64,000 nt of DNA from Lepidodermella squamata. Lineage: Eukaryota > Animalia > Gastrotricha. Location of the stretch: the NCBI GenBank assembly GCA_047495785.1, contig JBLDXI010000056.1:1-64000 (forward strand). Direction: 5' to 3'. A program made the position numbers and the translations under genes. The notes under the pieces are model-generated. The model saw only the letters and a program-made list of their open reading frames with translations, had not been told where the DNA came from and did no database searches. Positions 12,697 through 26,437 of the stretch are shown piece by piece (the stretch's first letter is position 1; each line of letters begins with the position of its first letter).

Positions 12697-13994
12697 TCAA
12701 GCTAGCATTTTATCAATATAAAATATAATCACAGAGAAGCCAGAAAAAAGCGCTACGAAAACAACAAATATGTCGACATAGCGAATGATCTTGAATTCGA
12801 GTCTAATAAATACTTTGATTTCAAACATTCGCTTCATCGATTTCCATTTAGCCATCGAGCAAGCTGCCAGAGTATATGGGGTTATCAGTACACAAATGAC
12901 CATTAAATAAACAACGAGATTAATGATATACACCTCTTCAGCTGTTCTAGGAATGAGCGAGAAAACGAGAGATAAAGTTACAGCCATAGCAAGGTTAACA
13001 GTAACACAGAATGCGGGTCGGTCCGGATGCTTCGGCTCCATCAGAAGACCGGAAACTTGAAGCAGGAATAAAGCGATAGTTGGCAAGAACACATTTCCAA
13101 TGTAGTACTGGTATTTCCTCTTCATAGACAGCGTGAGCGTAGCGTGATAAGAGCCACTTGCGTTGAATACCGTCCCGTTGTAAGTTGGGTTCTCCCAAAT
13201 GTCATCATCACGTAGGGTTGGATATGAAGTAACGATGATAACTTGATCGAGTTTGATGGAAACTTCATTCGCAGTGTTCTCGTTTTCAAACTCGAAATTG
13301 CACGACGCTGTATCAAATGGGAATTTTGTGAACTTGAAACCGAAACACATTGAAGTGACCGGACGGACGCAATAAATGAGAAATTTAGGTCCCGGCATTC
13401 TGAACGGGCGAATTTTGACCAAAATCTCCCTGTGTGATAAATGTCATAGTCGAGATTCAAATAAGAAAATGTATTACTCTCTTAGTGGCCTCGATTCGCC
13501 TATGGCATTGATATGCTGCATGTCCGGCCACCAGACTTGTTCTTTCGGAACTTCGAATTGCAGCCGGTCAAGTACGCTCTGAGAATAGTTTTGATAACCA
13601 GGTAATAGCTCAGACCTGATATCTCGGCCACACGGAATGTCCCAGAATACTCTCAATGTCATTGTTACTGTCACACTAGAAAGTCGAAACTCGACAAATG
13701 ATAACTGCGTTGAAAAAAATGTTCGTACCTCATCGCGGCATCGTCGATATTAGTTATTTGAAGGATCCTAGAAACCAAATAGCTCTGGATAGGTATCGAG
13801 AAGTTGTTCAGCTGCACATGATTCGCAGATGGCAGATTGCTGGCCGAAGCTATGGGGCAAAGCTCGAAAAAACGATCCCGCATAGCGTTTAGTTTGACTG
13901 GATCTGCCAGCAATTTCTCAAGGTTGTCATTCTTATCCGCCAAACACATCGAAGCGACCATTGCAATAGTGATAAAACTGATTAGGCGCATCAT
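12697..13994 (-). CDS. Cys-loop (pentameric) ligand-gated ion channel subunit, about 398 aa; exons 13994-13729, 13675-13478, 13429-12697
   Basis: Signal peptide MMRLISFITIAMVASMCLA, loop A WWPD, Cys-loop with FPFD, pre-M1 KRKYQYY, M1 LP, M2 R0'...T6'...L9', M2-M3 IPRT, four TM helices. Two phase-2 GT-AG introns join in frame. Confidence 0.88.
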
Positions 13995-16900
13995 ATTAAA
14001 TAAAGCAGACAACTGAAGTCCTGTAAGCAATGACTATTCAATAATGTACGACCCTGAGACCGGTTCGAATCTATTTCAACACACGAAGGCGTTATTTCGC
14101 TAAATTCGCCGATTCGATTTGAAAATACAGTGAAAATTGTCTCAACCGGACTCTTGTCGCGCCAGGCAAAATGGTCCCGAAGTCCGGACTATTTTATACC
14201 GGAGGTTAATTAATTTATAATTTTTTAACTAGCTAGGCGCGTAGCAATGACGATGCTAGCTAAATTTCCGCCTGAAAGCAGTATGAGTGATTGATCCCAA
14301 AAGGTTTGATGCGTTACGTTTGATGACTCATGATTGTACCAAAAAACCCGAAATACGCCGGTTTGGCGCATCAATGGCGCAGAACCAGACACTCGTGGTA
14401 TTATGAATTCCGTCCGCAGAGTCCAGAAAAAAGCATGTGACGCATAAAGTGTAATGACGTGAAATATTCATTCAATTTGAATGATCAGCTTGTGTTCGGT
14501 ACAATTCCCAAACTTCATCGAGGATTCGTCAAGCTGATGCGCTAGTCAGAATGCAAAAATGGCGCCGATGTTGGTCTAGTGGTAGGCGCTTCCATTAGTA
14601 AAAACGTTAAGCCACGTAAGCTTTAGCTGCCTCCCCGACATCGAAGTCTAGAAGGTCAACATGAAGAACTTAATGCGATGATGGAATTTACAGTCTGATA
14701 ATACATTTTTATGTATTAGATATGCGTGATGCTGATGAAGCTCAAGCTTCGAGTGATAGTACCGCCTCGAGGCCATTTGTTGAGGGCAGAAACGAGATTT
14801 CGGTATTTTCAAGGGCTGAAATTGAGTTTCTGCCCGAAACACAAGTTTACATGGTTCCTTAATTTCTCTTTGGTTAGAAATATTTCTCTATGGCTTGAAA
14901 CTTCCACAAATTTGGGCGGCATTTTGCTCGGAATTGGCCTCAAAACCCCCAGCATTTTCTCGAGAATCGTAGTCAAAGTCACTAGAACAGCGAAAACCCC
15001 AATTTTATTAAAATCAAATTCACGTGCAAAAATAAAAATATATGACAAAATGAGGCGAAAAACGAGGTCGTCGAAATCTCTTGATGGCAGCTGTCGCGAT
15101 GCAGATCTGGTTTTCCCTCCGGAATCGCGGTTTTGAGCAGCAACAGAAATTCAGCGACTAGCCATAGCAACGTTACAGGCGACAATGACTGGTTTCTCGG
15201 AGAGTCTTCGACTGGAAAAATTGACCCATATCCACGATTAATTTCCGCTGCGACCTGAATACCATTGGATACCATGCAGCGAGCGGATGGCTTGGATTGT
15301 TGTCAGTCTTCCAAATGGCGCGATGTAGATGCAATGATTTCTGTGCGAAACCGGCTGACTGGCGATCGATTTGAGTGGCTTCTTCGAGGCAACTATTTGT
15401 TCGTTTCCAGATTCCATCGAACAAAGGCAACTGATGATCTCGGCTTGATGATCGGGGCTTGATATCGGCATGATGAAATCTTGACTATTGATTCTTCAGC
15501 CAGCCGGAGAGCATGAAAATTACGACGTCGAATGAGGGTTGACCAAAAATCAAGTTGCGAACTAGAACAAAGTCGCAACCTGATCCATAGATCACTTCTT
15601 TCTCTATGGATCAGGCCTATCGACTATCGAAAATCGGCTTATAATTCCAATAACTCAGGACAACTGGAGCGAATGAAATCGGTCTAATTTTTTGAGAATA
15701 TAGAGCACCCCGCCCTAATTTCGGCCGCTTTTCAGGTTAATCCTACTTTGCCAGCCAGGTGAATTTTTAGAAAATATTCCGCAAAAGCAGAATTAAAGAG
15801 GAGTTCTCAGGGTATCGAATGCCGCTTTCCGCAAGTCTGAACGATTTTACCTTGATATATGGCTAATTTTTCAGTCACCCAGACACCCGGCCGGAATTAG
15901 GAAGCGGGGTGCCCTAATTTCGGCCGCCTCATCAAGGTGAACTAATACCATAAGTTTGGTATCGTTAGATTTGTCTCAAAAAGTTGACTATAAAAACCGC
16001 CTGTGTTGCTTCACCTGTTTACGTTACCCGAAAAGGCGCTCGGCCAGATATTGCTTATCCGAATGCTATAACCATAAGCGTCGTCATCATAGACAACACT
16101 GTAACAGATAGGACGCAAAGATCTTGCCTTAGTGAATTTATTCGAGCTGTTATTGCAAAAAGGTCGGCACGCGACCACATTTTATGCCACCTAACGCCCT
16201 ATCCGCCCATTGTAATTGTAATTAATTTCAAAAATCGACAGACCAAATAGTCTTTTTTCTAATTTTTTGAGTTTCAGTAGATAAATACTAGAATCCGCGG
16301 TCTATCGAATGAGCCGAGGTACATCTTGTAGGCTCGCATGGTTATTTTTCTAGAATTTAGTGAAAACAGCTATTTTTGCAGGATTTCGGCAAATCTGCCA
16401 TTCTTCTGCCACGGTTGGCTCTTCCGGAAATTTTTTTAAAATTCTAGAAAAATTAATTTATCCATATTGAGATTTTCTCTATCCAACGATATAAAATTTG
16501 TGCGGTAATTAATTAATTTTGATTTTCAGATAATTTTTGGCTTGAATAACGATTCTTTTTCATGCAACTTGGACTTTGGATTCTCTCGCCGCGTTGCTTT
16601 TTTCAGAGTTGTTCGCAGCGAAAGAAGAATGAAGAAATGCAAATCGAAAGTTCAAACCCACGTTCAAACTTGATCTAAACCGTGACTTAGAAGCGCGAGA
16701 TATCGGTCTGTTTGTTAAGCGATAAATTCAGTATTCCTAATTCGGCCTTGTATCCATGATGAGAGTGTTATCGGCTTTGGTGCTTCGCAAATGAACTCAA
16801 ACTTGAAAAAAAGTCAGGCTCGAAGATCAAAAAATGAAGCGAGGCTATGAAAAACGTGGCGTTCACGAAAAATCGTACCCGAGGCACCTGCAGATCATGC

Positions 16901-17858
16901 TTTCAGCTGATAAAAGAAAAGGCTATGTCGATTTTAGCTTTAGAGATAATTGAAGGTCCTATGCAGAAACAGAACAGATATCGTCATTTAAACAAGCGAG
17001 CTCGAATTCCCCTTCTGTATCCTGTGGCCTCGGTGATAACTTTTACTTGGAATTTTTCAATGTCGAGAGCTTTTGAAAGTTTGAAAGTTGAATGTCTGAT
17101 CGAATTTATTGGTATCAGGGCATTTAAAATTTACCGTCGGATTTGCCGTCACATTATTTCATAGCTCCACGCATCAACAAATCTAGGAGAGATCTGAGAT
17201 CGCAAACAAGTCAGCTCATACAGCTCGGCGGTAGATTCTCAATTCTTTTGTCGAAGCTGGGAACTGATCTTCCCGCTCTGATAACAATGTGGCTGTCGTC
17301 TAGGGCTGGGAATCGAGACAAAGTCAAGCACAAAAAATTCGCCACTTGGAACATGAATTATGAAAAATACTTTGTAACCGGATATGGATTTTCAAAAAAA
17401 TGATTTTTTGACCTGCCCTATATTTTCATCCTTTTCTGGCAGCCTTTATGGAAAAGAGGGCTGGACTTGAGAATTTTTTTTTTTCAATTTTGGTGTTACA
17501 ATGGTGCTCAAAATAGTACTATTGCTCACAACCGAGCTGAATGAGCAGACTTGTGCACGCCGATGCAAATCCGCTCACGTGTTCGCCAAAAATAGAGTAA
17601 AAGATATAAGGCTTGTTCACATGATATGGTCGTAGATAAAATTATATTCAATTGTTCGCGTTTGCTCGTCTTACACGATTTTGTTTAAAAAAAAATAGGG
17701 CAGACGACGGGACTTGTTTATGATCGGTGATCGCACGCGTGACTGTCTAGCTTGTATTAGCCAGTTCCATTGTTTCCTTGCGTTATTTTTCAACAAATAG
17801 ATTACAGATAACGTGTGATCTCATTTTTCATTTACAACTTAAGGATGACGAACTTATA

Positions 17859-18607
17859 AAGTATGACCAATATTTTTTTTGCCTCGCATTTTTTCAATAA
17901 CTTCGTGACCATGAGGAATTTTTTGGAGCGGTTTTCACCATTTGATAAATCAGGTCTTCGGTAAACTTTCCTCAAATTTTCGTCAAAATTGGTTCAGAGC
18001 GAAGAAATTGGTGACAAAAATGCCGTTTGCGGTTTCAATTAAGAATTCTCATTTTTGAAAAATGGCATTTTTCAGGTTTTTTGGTTTGGCGGCATCATCC
18101 TGTGGAAAAGCTTTATTCGGTCATTTTCTTCGTTGGGAATTAGATCAATAACACGTCTCCAACAGAGAAATTCATCTTGACACCCACAGAAAAGTTCTTA
18201 TCCACCAACAGCGATCCGAAATGGCTTTTTGAATTTTTTTGAGTGGTCTGTGCCAACCTGGTGATGCCGCAAGTTTCGGACAGTCGTATGATTTCTTTTT
18301 TGGAATCGGTGACTCCGATTAGTCACAGGCCATCTCTCAAACGGCTCAAATCCTCAGGGAAGAGTGATGATCAGCTCTTGCCATATTGGACGCAAAAATG
18401 CCATTTTTCAAAAATGAGAATTCTTAATTGAAACCGCAAACGGCATTTTTGTCACCAATTTCTTCGCTCTGAACCAATTTTGACGAAAATTTGAGGAAAG
18501 TTTACCGAAGACCTGATTTATCAAATGGTGAAAACCGCTCCAAAAAATTCCTCATGGTCACGAAGTTATTGAAAAAATGCGAGGCAAAAAAAATATTGGT
18601 CATACTT
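17859..18607. mobile_element. Foldback/MITE element with about 215-bp inverted arms
   Basis: 17856-18072 is the reverse complement of 18394-18610, with no mismatch seen by eye. Compatible with a TA TSD. Confidence 0.85.
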
Positions 18608-18809
18608 TATTTCAGTCAATCTATGGCAGCGGAATTTAAAAAAATGTTTATATTATATATGTGTCTAGAGGCCTCGTCTTTCTTGAAATGTTTGAAATCC
18701 ATTATTATCTTCTCTTCGTGGCTCATCTCTGTAACTCAGTTCTGAATGAGTAATGTCATGCTCTCTTCCTTTGCTTTCTCCAGCTAGAGGCCTACCTGTA
18801 AAATTGACG

Positions 18810-21800
18810 ATGAATATCATCATTGGGTTAATTCTGCCTTTCATTCTGCTTTTTTGCCGTTCAATTGATGGGCAATACAGCCGTTGCTTTTCCGCTCTCA
18901 ATAATAAGTGGATTCAGTGTCGATTATCAGTCGGTTGCGATCCGCTCGATGAGTATCAGGTCTCGGGCTTTTCGTTACACGAATTTTTGTAGTTTCACTT
19001 TCTTGCTTTACTTATAGGTCGGCCCGGCCACTACTTATAGCGGTTGTACCCAAGGGGTAATGTTTAGTGGTGCTCCATTCGCCTGGTAATAACATACTTT
19101 CTAATCGCAGACGGCGTTTTTGTGCTATAAATACACGGGCTTCACAACGAAGTGCACTGCTGGCTACGAGGCGTGCAAAGCTTCTAAAAACGAAATTGAG
19201 GTTTGCTTTGGCTTAATTTCTAGGAAATTATGAGCGTTTGCGACATTCACTAAAAATTGCGAAACTCACTCGGGGTTTTACAACGCTCTTCATTCAACTC
19301 ATTACGAATAACTAAGAGCGAGGGTAAGCTTTTAAGGCCCAGAGCTTTGGATTCGATGTTATTTAGACCTTAGTTTCCCTTTCGAAAATCAAATCAAATC
19401 AAATGCTCTGTTTGGTTTTTACTCGTGTGCTTTATTTTCCGAACTCATTGCTTGTTATTCATCATTTGCTAGATAACTCGATTCAACGGACTGTTGATGC
19501 TGTCTGCGAATCTGGGACTGTGCGAATCGGCTGCTCAGAGTTTACCGGTAACACCTGATATTAAATTTCTCAATTGGTTTTCTTGACATACCTTTTTACA
19601 GAATCAGCAATTTGAGCAATGCAAATCGGGGTCCACAGTCATCACCTGCATTCCGTCCAATAAAACGTGTCCTTCGGCGGCACCGGTGAGAGATTCAATC
19701 TTAAATTAGGTATTTATATTACCATAAGCTATGTCTTCATGTCCCTTTCAGGACAAGGGAAATGTTTACAGCAATCTACAAACCTGCATGAGCAACAGTG
19801 CGCGTAAGTTGCCCGAATAATGTGTGTGCCCGCATTTGTGATAACGCAGCTTCGATTTACATGTTTCAGTTCAACTTCCGGACAGCGAAAAACCTCAAAT
19901 TCGTTGCTTCAATGCGACCAGCAAAGCTTTCAACGACTGCCGCCGGAGCAGCACTGGCTGTTTGAGCGGTGAAACGTCGATTTATACGAATAGAGTCTTC
20001 AGCAACAGGGACAACTGCCTAAAAGGGGTTAGTAGTTCGATAACTAGCACACTTTGTAGCACACCTTCGTACATCGTTGGGTTTTTTGAATGAATGCTAC
20101 TTTTGCAAAAATATATCATTGCGCATTTCAAGGCCTCGGCAAATTGCATGGTTGGCGCTGAGAACCTCTGCCGAGATTTCTGTCTGACACAATCACGGGT
20201 ATGAAATAATCTACTGGTTCATCGAAGCTTGCGCATGACTTTTATTTTGTGCACCAGGTTACAGTCTTCTCAACCAATTCGACCTTCGCTGCCAATAACG
20301 AAAACTGCTTAGCAGAAGCAACAAGTGCGTTTCTTTGATTCATTAGTCCAAATTAGATGAGCCCTCCTGTCGAAAGTGCGACTCAGGCTTTTTGGCGAAC
20401 ATTTCTACGCATCGGGAATCGCGACTGTTTTCTCAAACCGAGCTACTTTGATGCGCTAAGAATATCGTTAGCGTCGCTGAATAACTCGGATTTGGGCCTG
20501 TTTACATCCATTCAAGGTAATAGGTGACAAGTAAAAAACGGCTTTTTTCATGTGAATGAAGAGGCAAAAACAAAGGACTTTCTACTTGTCACCTATCACC
20601 TTGAATGGATATAAACAAGCCTAAATTCATGATTATTCAGCAAGTTATTCAGCGACTCTAACGATATTAAATGCACCACTTTGAATACATCGCTGCTTTG
20701 CGCGTATTAAGATCGGTATGCTTCAAACTACCACCTAGTCCAAAAATTTGCAACAGCAAAATTGAGGTTCCTGCGAGACTACTCCAAATCAGCCAGCAAG
20801 TAACGAAAGGCGCGATACAGCCAAAAAAGTCGATTGTTCTCGTTGCTCAACAACATAAAAGTTTGGCTGTTATGGTACCTTTCAATTTAGTGCCATTTAG
20901 TTCTGGAGTCCTGCACTGGATTTGAAAATGCTCATTCTCTATTTCCAGAGTGCTCAAAACAATGTGTTAACGGCGGTAACTGCACGACCGGTAATATTTG
21001 CTCATGTCCGCCCCAGTACACCGGCGAATTATGCGAAACTCGTTAGTCTAATGCTTCTTAGATCTGTAGCATCATTTTTGTCTCTTTTATCGCAGCCATC
21101 TGTTCGCCGGCTTGTTTGAATGACGGTTCGTGCTCGGCGAATTTCACGTGCACATGCACTTCGGCCTGGCTTGGAGCAAGTTGTGACATTTGTAAGACGT
21201 GCGATTATCCTTTCAAAATTTGTTTCTATATGACTTTTTCGATGTTTTTCTCATAGCTAAATACTTTGTCAGCTCGAATACGACCTACCCTGCTGGCGCC
21301 AAGAATTGTTTCGACCTCGGTGCCCGCGCAGCCATTATTCGGACACCTGACGACCTCGCCCGTGTTATGCAGCTGGTTAATTCATCGCAGCTCTATGTCG
21401 GTCTAACGGCTCTCTTCCGCTTCACTGATGGCTCAATCATGAATCTGATGCCCGTGCCCTTTGCCAGGCCTATCGGTGATAGCTCCGGTCCTTGTAAGCG
21501 CCTCATTGCGAATTTCAGTGATCGTGAATTTTATAAAATCACCAGGTGCGTACATAACCGGATCGCCGTCGCCAACGACACAAGTGACGTTCAGTTCAAG
21601 GGACTGCTCTGATTTAAGCAGCGTAATTCTGTGCCAAGATGCAACAACGGTAAGCTTAGCTGCAGCTGGAAAATATTGGTAAAACCACTAAACAAATATA
21701 CCTAATACATAACATAAAATCTATGAAAACGAAGGGTCTAAAATTTACATTTGAAAATAACAATCTCCGGTGGTGTTAGTGGGTCTATGGAGGTATTAAC

Positions 21801-24800
21801 TTGACCAAGTCATTATCGTCCATTCATTCCATAATAATTATTCTCGTATTTTGTTTGTTCTCTCGAATAGTTTGCTGTTACAATTTACATGTCGAACAAC
21901 ACGTACAATACCGCTGAAGCGTTCTGCCAGGGCCTGGGCCTGCGTATGGTGTTCTTAAAAGGCCCCAATGATTACTACTCGGCCAGAGTGCTACTCTACA
22001 ACAATTATTTCGAAGGAATATTTGCTTATGTTGGAGCGAAGCGGGCTTCGACTCCTCCGTATTATGCTTGGTCGAATCTACAGCCGTACGAAAACAACTC
22101 TGTTATCCCATCGTCGAATGGCAGCCAGCTAGTAGATCTGAATCTCTGTGAGCAATGCAATCTCACCTTTTATACTGGTTTACCAATGGTCATCCTTAAC
22201 AGGTACTCAGATGGCGAGTAACGGGTCACTCATCGCATCTTCGTGCATGGCCGAAACACCCGTAATTTGCGAGTTATTTACAGGTTCGAATTATGCCTTA
22301 CAATATTATATCTTTTTAAATCTAATTTCTGCTAGCTAAGTGTGAACCCCCGTGCCAAAATAACGGTACCTGCACGGATACTAACGTTTGTCTTTGCCCG
22401 CAACTCTACATGGGCCCAACTTGCGAGACAGGTAAGGATGCTGTGAAATGTTGGAATTATGAAATAAGGTTCTAGTTTTCCGATAAATTCAACAAATAAG
22501 TAACGCAAAACAAAAAGTAAATCTCTGTTCTCTCGATCCTGCTTGTTAGTATGCTGCTCATGACTTTTCTCAATCAGAAATCAGAATTCATAAATCTTGC
22601 TAATTAAATTACTTGTATAATATTTCTTCTCGTGGATGAACAGCTCGTTACTTCATCGCGGAAGGAGGTTCAGGCTTGTACATGGAACGATTAAGGGCAT
22701 GCCAGGCTCAGGGAGGAACGCCCGCTGTTTTTCGGTCCGAGGATGGCGGTCTCTTCCAAGTTCTTCCAAGCATCGCTGGCGAGGGCAATTTCTTTACTGG
22801 TAATGTGGGGTCTTTTATATGGTCGACTGGAGCGCCTGTTGACTGGGCTCTCAATCCTAGCTGGTATCCCGGAAATCCAAACGGTGGAGGACCATGTGAG
22901 TTGAGTGACTATTTTTGCCCTTTAAGCGTATCGAAGTACTTTTCATTCCTTCGACTATGCTTAACTGCACATTTCCCATTGGAGGGCTCCAAATGTGTAC
23001 ACCTTGTGAACCCTGGCCAATGCGTTAACATCACCTCCGCTTCTTTATGATTCTTACATGAATATTAATTTATGTCTAATCTGAAAAAGTCTTATTTCTA
23101 TTTCAAAGGTCTCACCATCTATGTTAACGGGCAGAATTATGGCTTCGACGACCAGCTCTGTAATACGGTTATGCCAAAAATCTATTGCGCTGACCCGCTA
23201 ACGGTAAATATGTTCAACCTCGATTGGTTCAACCGCTTTGCGTTAAGAACTGACGACAGATGCGATTTCTCCGGTCTGTTGAGAGAGGTTCTATTATGTT
23301 TAAGTTAAAGGGGAATTCGCAAAACTTCGGAAAATATAGCATTCGCTCAAAAAATATAGTGTTAGTACCCATGCTCATGCGATATTTATAGATATAGTAC
23401 TCGTAATTCATTCATATCTGAGATTCGTAGCACGAGATGTGGGCATGCTGACGAGGCGGAGCCGAGTCGGCATGACCAAATCGAGTGCGGCTGAAGCGTT
23501 CTGCCAGGGCCTGGGCCTGCGTATGGTGTTCTTAAAAGGCCCCAATGATTACTACTCGGCCAGAGTGCTACTCTACAACAATTATTTCGAAGGAATATTT
23601 GCTTATGTTGGAGCGAAGCGGGCTTCGACTCCTCCGTATTATGCTTGGTCGAATCTACAGCCGTACGAAAACAACTCTGTTATCCCATCGTCGAATGGCA
23701 GCCAGCTAGTAGATCTGAATCTCTGTGAGCAATGCAATCTCACCTTTTATACTGGTTTACCAATGGTCATCCTTAACAGGTACTCAGATGGCGAGTAACG
23801 GGTCACTCATCGCATCTTCGTGCATGGCCGAAACACCCGTAATTTGCGAGTTATTTACAGGTTCGAATTATGCCTTACAATATTATATCTTTTTAAATCT
23901 AATTTCTGCTAGCTAAGTGTGAACCCCCGTGCCAAAATAACGGTACCTGCACGGATACTAACGTTTGTCTTTGCCCGCAACTCTACATGGGCCCAACTTG
24001 CGAGACAGGTAAGGATGCTGTGAAATGTTGGAATTATGAAATAAGGTTCTAGTTTTCCGATAAATTCAACAAATAAGTAACGCAAAACAAAAAGTAAATC
24101 TCTGTTCTCTCGATCCTGCTTGTTAGTATGCTGCTCATGACTTTTCTCAATCAGAAATCAGAATTCATAAATCTTGCTAATTAAATTACTTGTATAATAT
24201 TTCTTCTCGTGGATGAACAGCTCGTTACTTCATCGCGGAAGGAGGTTCAGGCTTGTACATGGAACGATTAAGGGCATGCCAGGCTCAGGGAGGAACGCCC
24301 GCTGTTTTTCGGTCCGAGGATGGCGGTCTCTTCCAAGTTCTTCCAAGCATCGCTGGCGAGGGCAATTTCTTTACTGGTAATGTGGGGTCTTTTATATGGT
24401 CGACTGGAGCGCCTGTTGACTGGGCTCTCAATCCTAGCTGGTATCCCGGAAATCCAAACGGTGGAGGACCATGTGAGTTGAGTGACTATTTTTGCCCTTT
24501 AAGCGTATCGAAGTACTTTTCATTCCTTCGACTATGCTTAACTGCACATTTCCCATTGGAGGGCTCCAAATGTGTACACCTTGTGAACCCTGGCCAATGC
24601 GTTAACATCACCTCCGCTTCTTTATGATTCTTACATGAATATTAATTTATGTCTAATCTGAAAAAGTCTTATTTCTATTTCAAAGGTCTCACCATCTATG
24701 TTAACGGGCAGAATTATGGCTTCGACGACCAGCTCTGTAATACGGTTATGCCAAAAATCTATTGCGCTGACCCGCTAACGGTAAATATGTTCAACCTCGA

Positions 24801-25602
24801 TTGGTTCAACCGCTTTGCGTTAAGAACTGACGACAGATGCGATTTCTCCGGTCTGTTGAGAGAGGTTCTATTATGTTTAAGTTAAAGGGGAATTCGCAAA
24901 ACTTCGGAAAATATAGCATTCGCTCAAAAAATATAGTGTTAGTACCCATGCTCATGCGATATTTATAGATATAGTACTCGTAATTCATTCATATCTGGAT
25001 TCTCCGCACTCGATTTGGTCATGCCGACTCGGCTCCGCCTCGTCAGCATGCCCACATCTCGTGCTACGAATCTCAGATATGAATAAAAAACTCGTACAAT
25101 ACCATACAAATATAGTATTAGTAATAGTATTAGTATTAGTATTAGGTTGGTCTATGATCTGGCGAATGAAGAAAATCATAACCCCTTTGAAATAAATATT
25201 TGCCATTTTCCTGAACAGGGTGTCATGACTTTGGAAGGAACAAGTATGAGCTGGGATCAGGCGGACAATAAGTGCAAATCTCTTGGAAAACAGCTGCCCA
25301 TTGCTTCGAGTACAGCAGCAATGGCCGCTGTTGCTGCCCTGATCGCCCCTGGTTCTGGCAACATTCCCGTCGGAGCAAGACGACGCACTGACCCGCTTTA
25401 CCACTGGTTCCGCACCGGCGAGCACCCCACGGTACCTGTTGGTGGCCAGACTATCACTTTGTGTTAGTTGTTGCCATACATAGCCGCTTTGATTTTGTTG
25501 ACTCTATTCATTTTAGGCACGTATTACCACAAAGGCTCATTCATTGGCTCACCCTGCCAGATTAATTCCTTTCCGATGATCTGTGAGCACCTTGCCCAGT
25601 AA
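18810..25602 (+). CDS. Secreted multidomain protein A: signal peptide, five 4-Cys modules, EGF-EGF, CTLD-CTLD, EGF, CTLD-CTLD; carries an internal 1.5-kb duplication
   Basis: ATG 18810 (MNIIIGLILPFILLFCRSIDG). Chain of GT-AG exons in compatible phases. EGF exons such as CSKQCVNGGNCTTGNICSCPPQYTGELCE. CTLD-like exons (A-x-x-x-C...YVG...W...C...C...ICE). TAA at 25600-25602. Exon-for-exon match to paralog B. Confidence 0.85.
20461..20668. mobile_element. Palindromic MITE in an intron of lectin gene A
   Basis: aatatcgttagcgtcgctgaataact...agttattcagcgactctaacgatatt, plus inner arms atccattcaaggtaataggtgacaagta / tacttgtcacctatcaccttgaatggat. Absent from the equivalent short intron of gene B. Confidence 0.7.
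21913..24997 (+). repeat. Direct duplication 21913-23420 = 23490-24997 (1508 bp, offset 1577) with a short inverted spacer
   Basis: Identical ORF translations in both copies. Spacer 23421-23489 is the reverse complement of about 25005-25074. Confidence 0.92.
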
Positions 25603-26437
25603 TTATCTAACCCTCGGCGTCTTATCACTATTGTAATGACTCGTCAAAACGCTCAATTAATTTGACAACGTTCAACTCTGATCATTGAACTTCTGTTCGT
25701 TTATTTTTTCTGATGCTCATCGATACGATAACAAGATTGAAGCAACGCGTTTCTATATTAAATTTCGAATCAATAATAAATGACAACTGCTAAGCAACCG
25801 TTAAAAGTTAAAATGGCTTTTTTACTCAATCTTTGTCAAGTGGTTACTTTTCTAGTGGTTTTTTATGAAACTAGAATTTTAATCACTATCTAGATGCAGA
25901 GGTTTACGCTGCTTCGTGGTTTCAAAGTTAATAAGACGGAGAGCTAATTATCTTGGGAACGCCTGCTTAGAGGCGACTAGAAGCTCATTACGGCATTCAT
26001 GTCAAATTATGCTTGCTAGTTCAGCTTCTTCTCTATTTAATAGGAACCGCGAATTAAATCTTTATCATGCCAGAATCGTCGTGATTTATAAACGCGATGA
26101 TTTCTTTTGCTTTGGTTTAATGCAACGATAGGCCGATTAGTGATGCCCCAAGCCCTTGCCTCTGTCAATCCAATATGTTTATGAGTTTATGGAGAAGTAG
26201 TTCTAGAGCTCAACGCGTGTAAAGACAATGTCTCTTTATTTTGTTAGGACAATTTTCTGCGATTCTGACGTCGTTCTTCATCAGTGGACGAATCTGAATC
26301 GCCCACGCATATCGGAAATCCTGTGTAATTCCGCTTCATTTGGTCACAGCTAATAATTATTTTTCGAATGTATTCGGCATGTGAATTCAGGTCATATTGA
26401 AAATAGCCATTTCAACCGCTACTTGCATGTGGCCCCC

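Noticed and set aside
14563-14640. tRNA-like start gccgatgttggtctagtggtagg (A-box-like)
   Set aside because: No B-box, T-arm or acceptor-stem complement follows. At most a SINE or tRNA fragment.
14648-17403. Cluster of short ORFs, a repeated ccctaatttcggccgc motif and a 13-bp hairpin at 15579-15615
   Set aside because: No coherent exon chain or recognisable domain. Probably decayed repeats whose ends I could not define.
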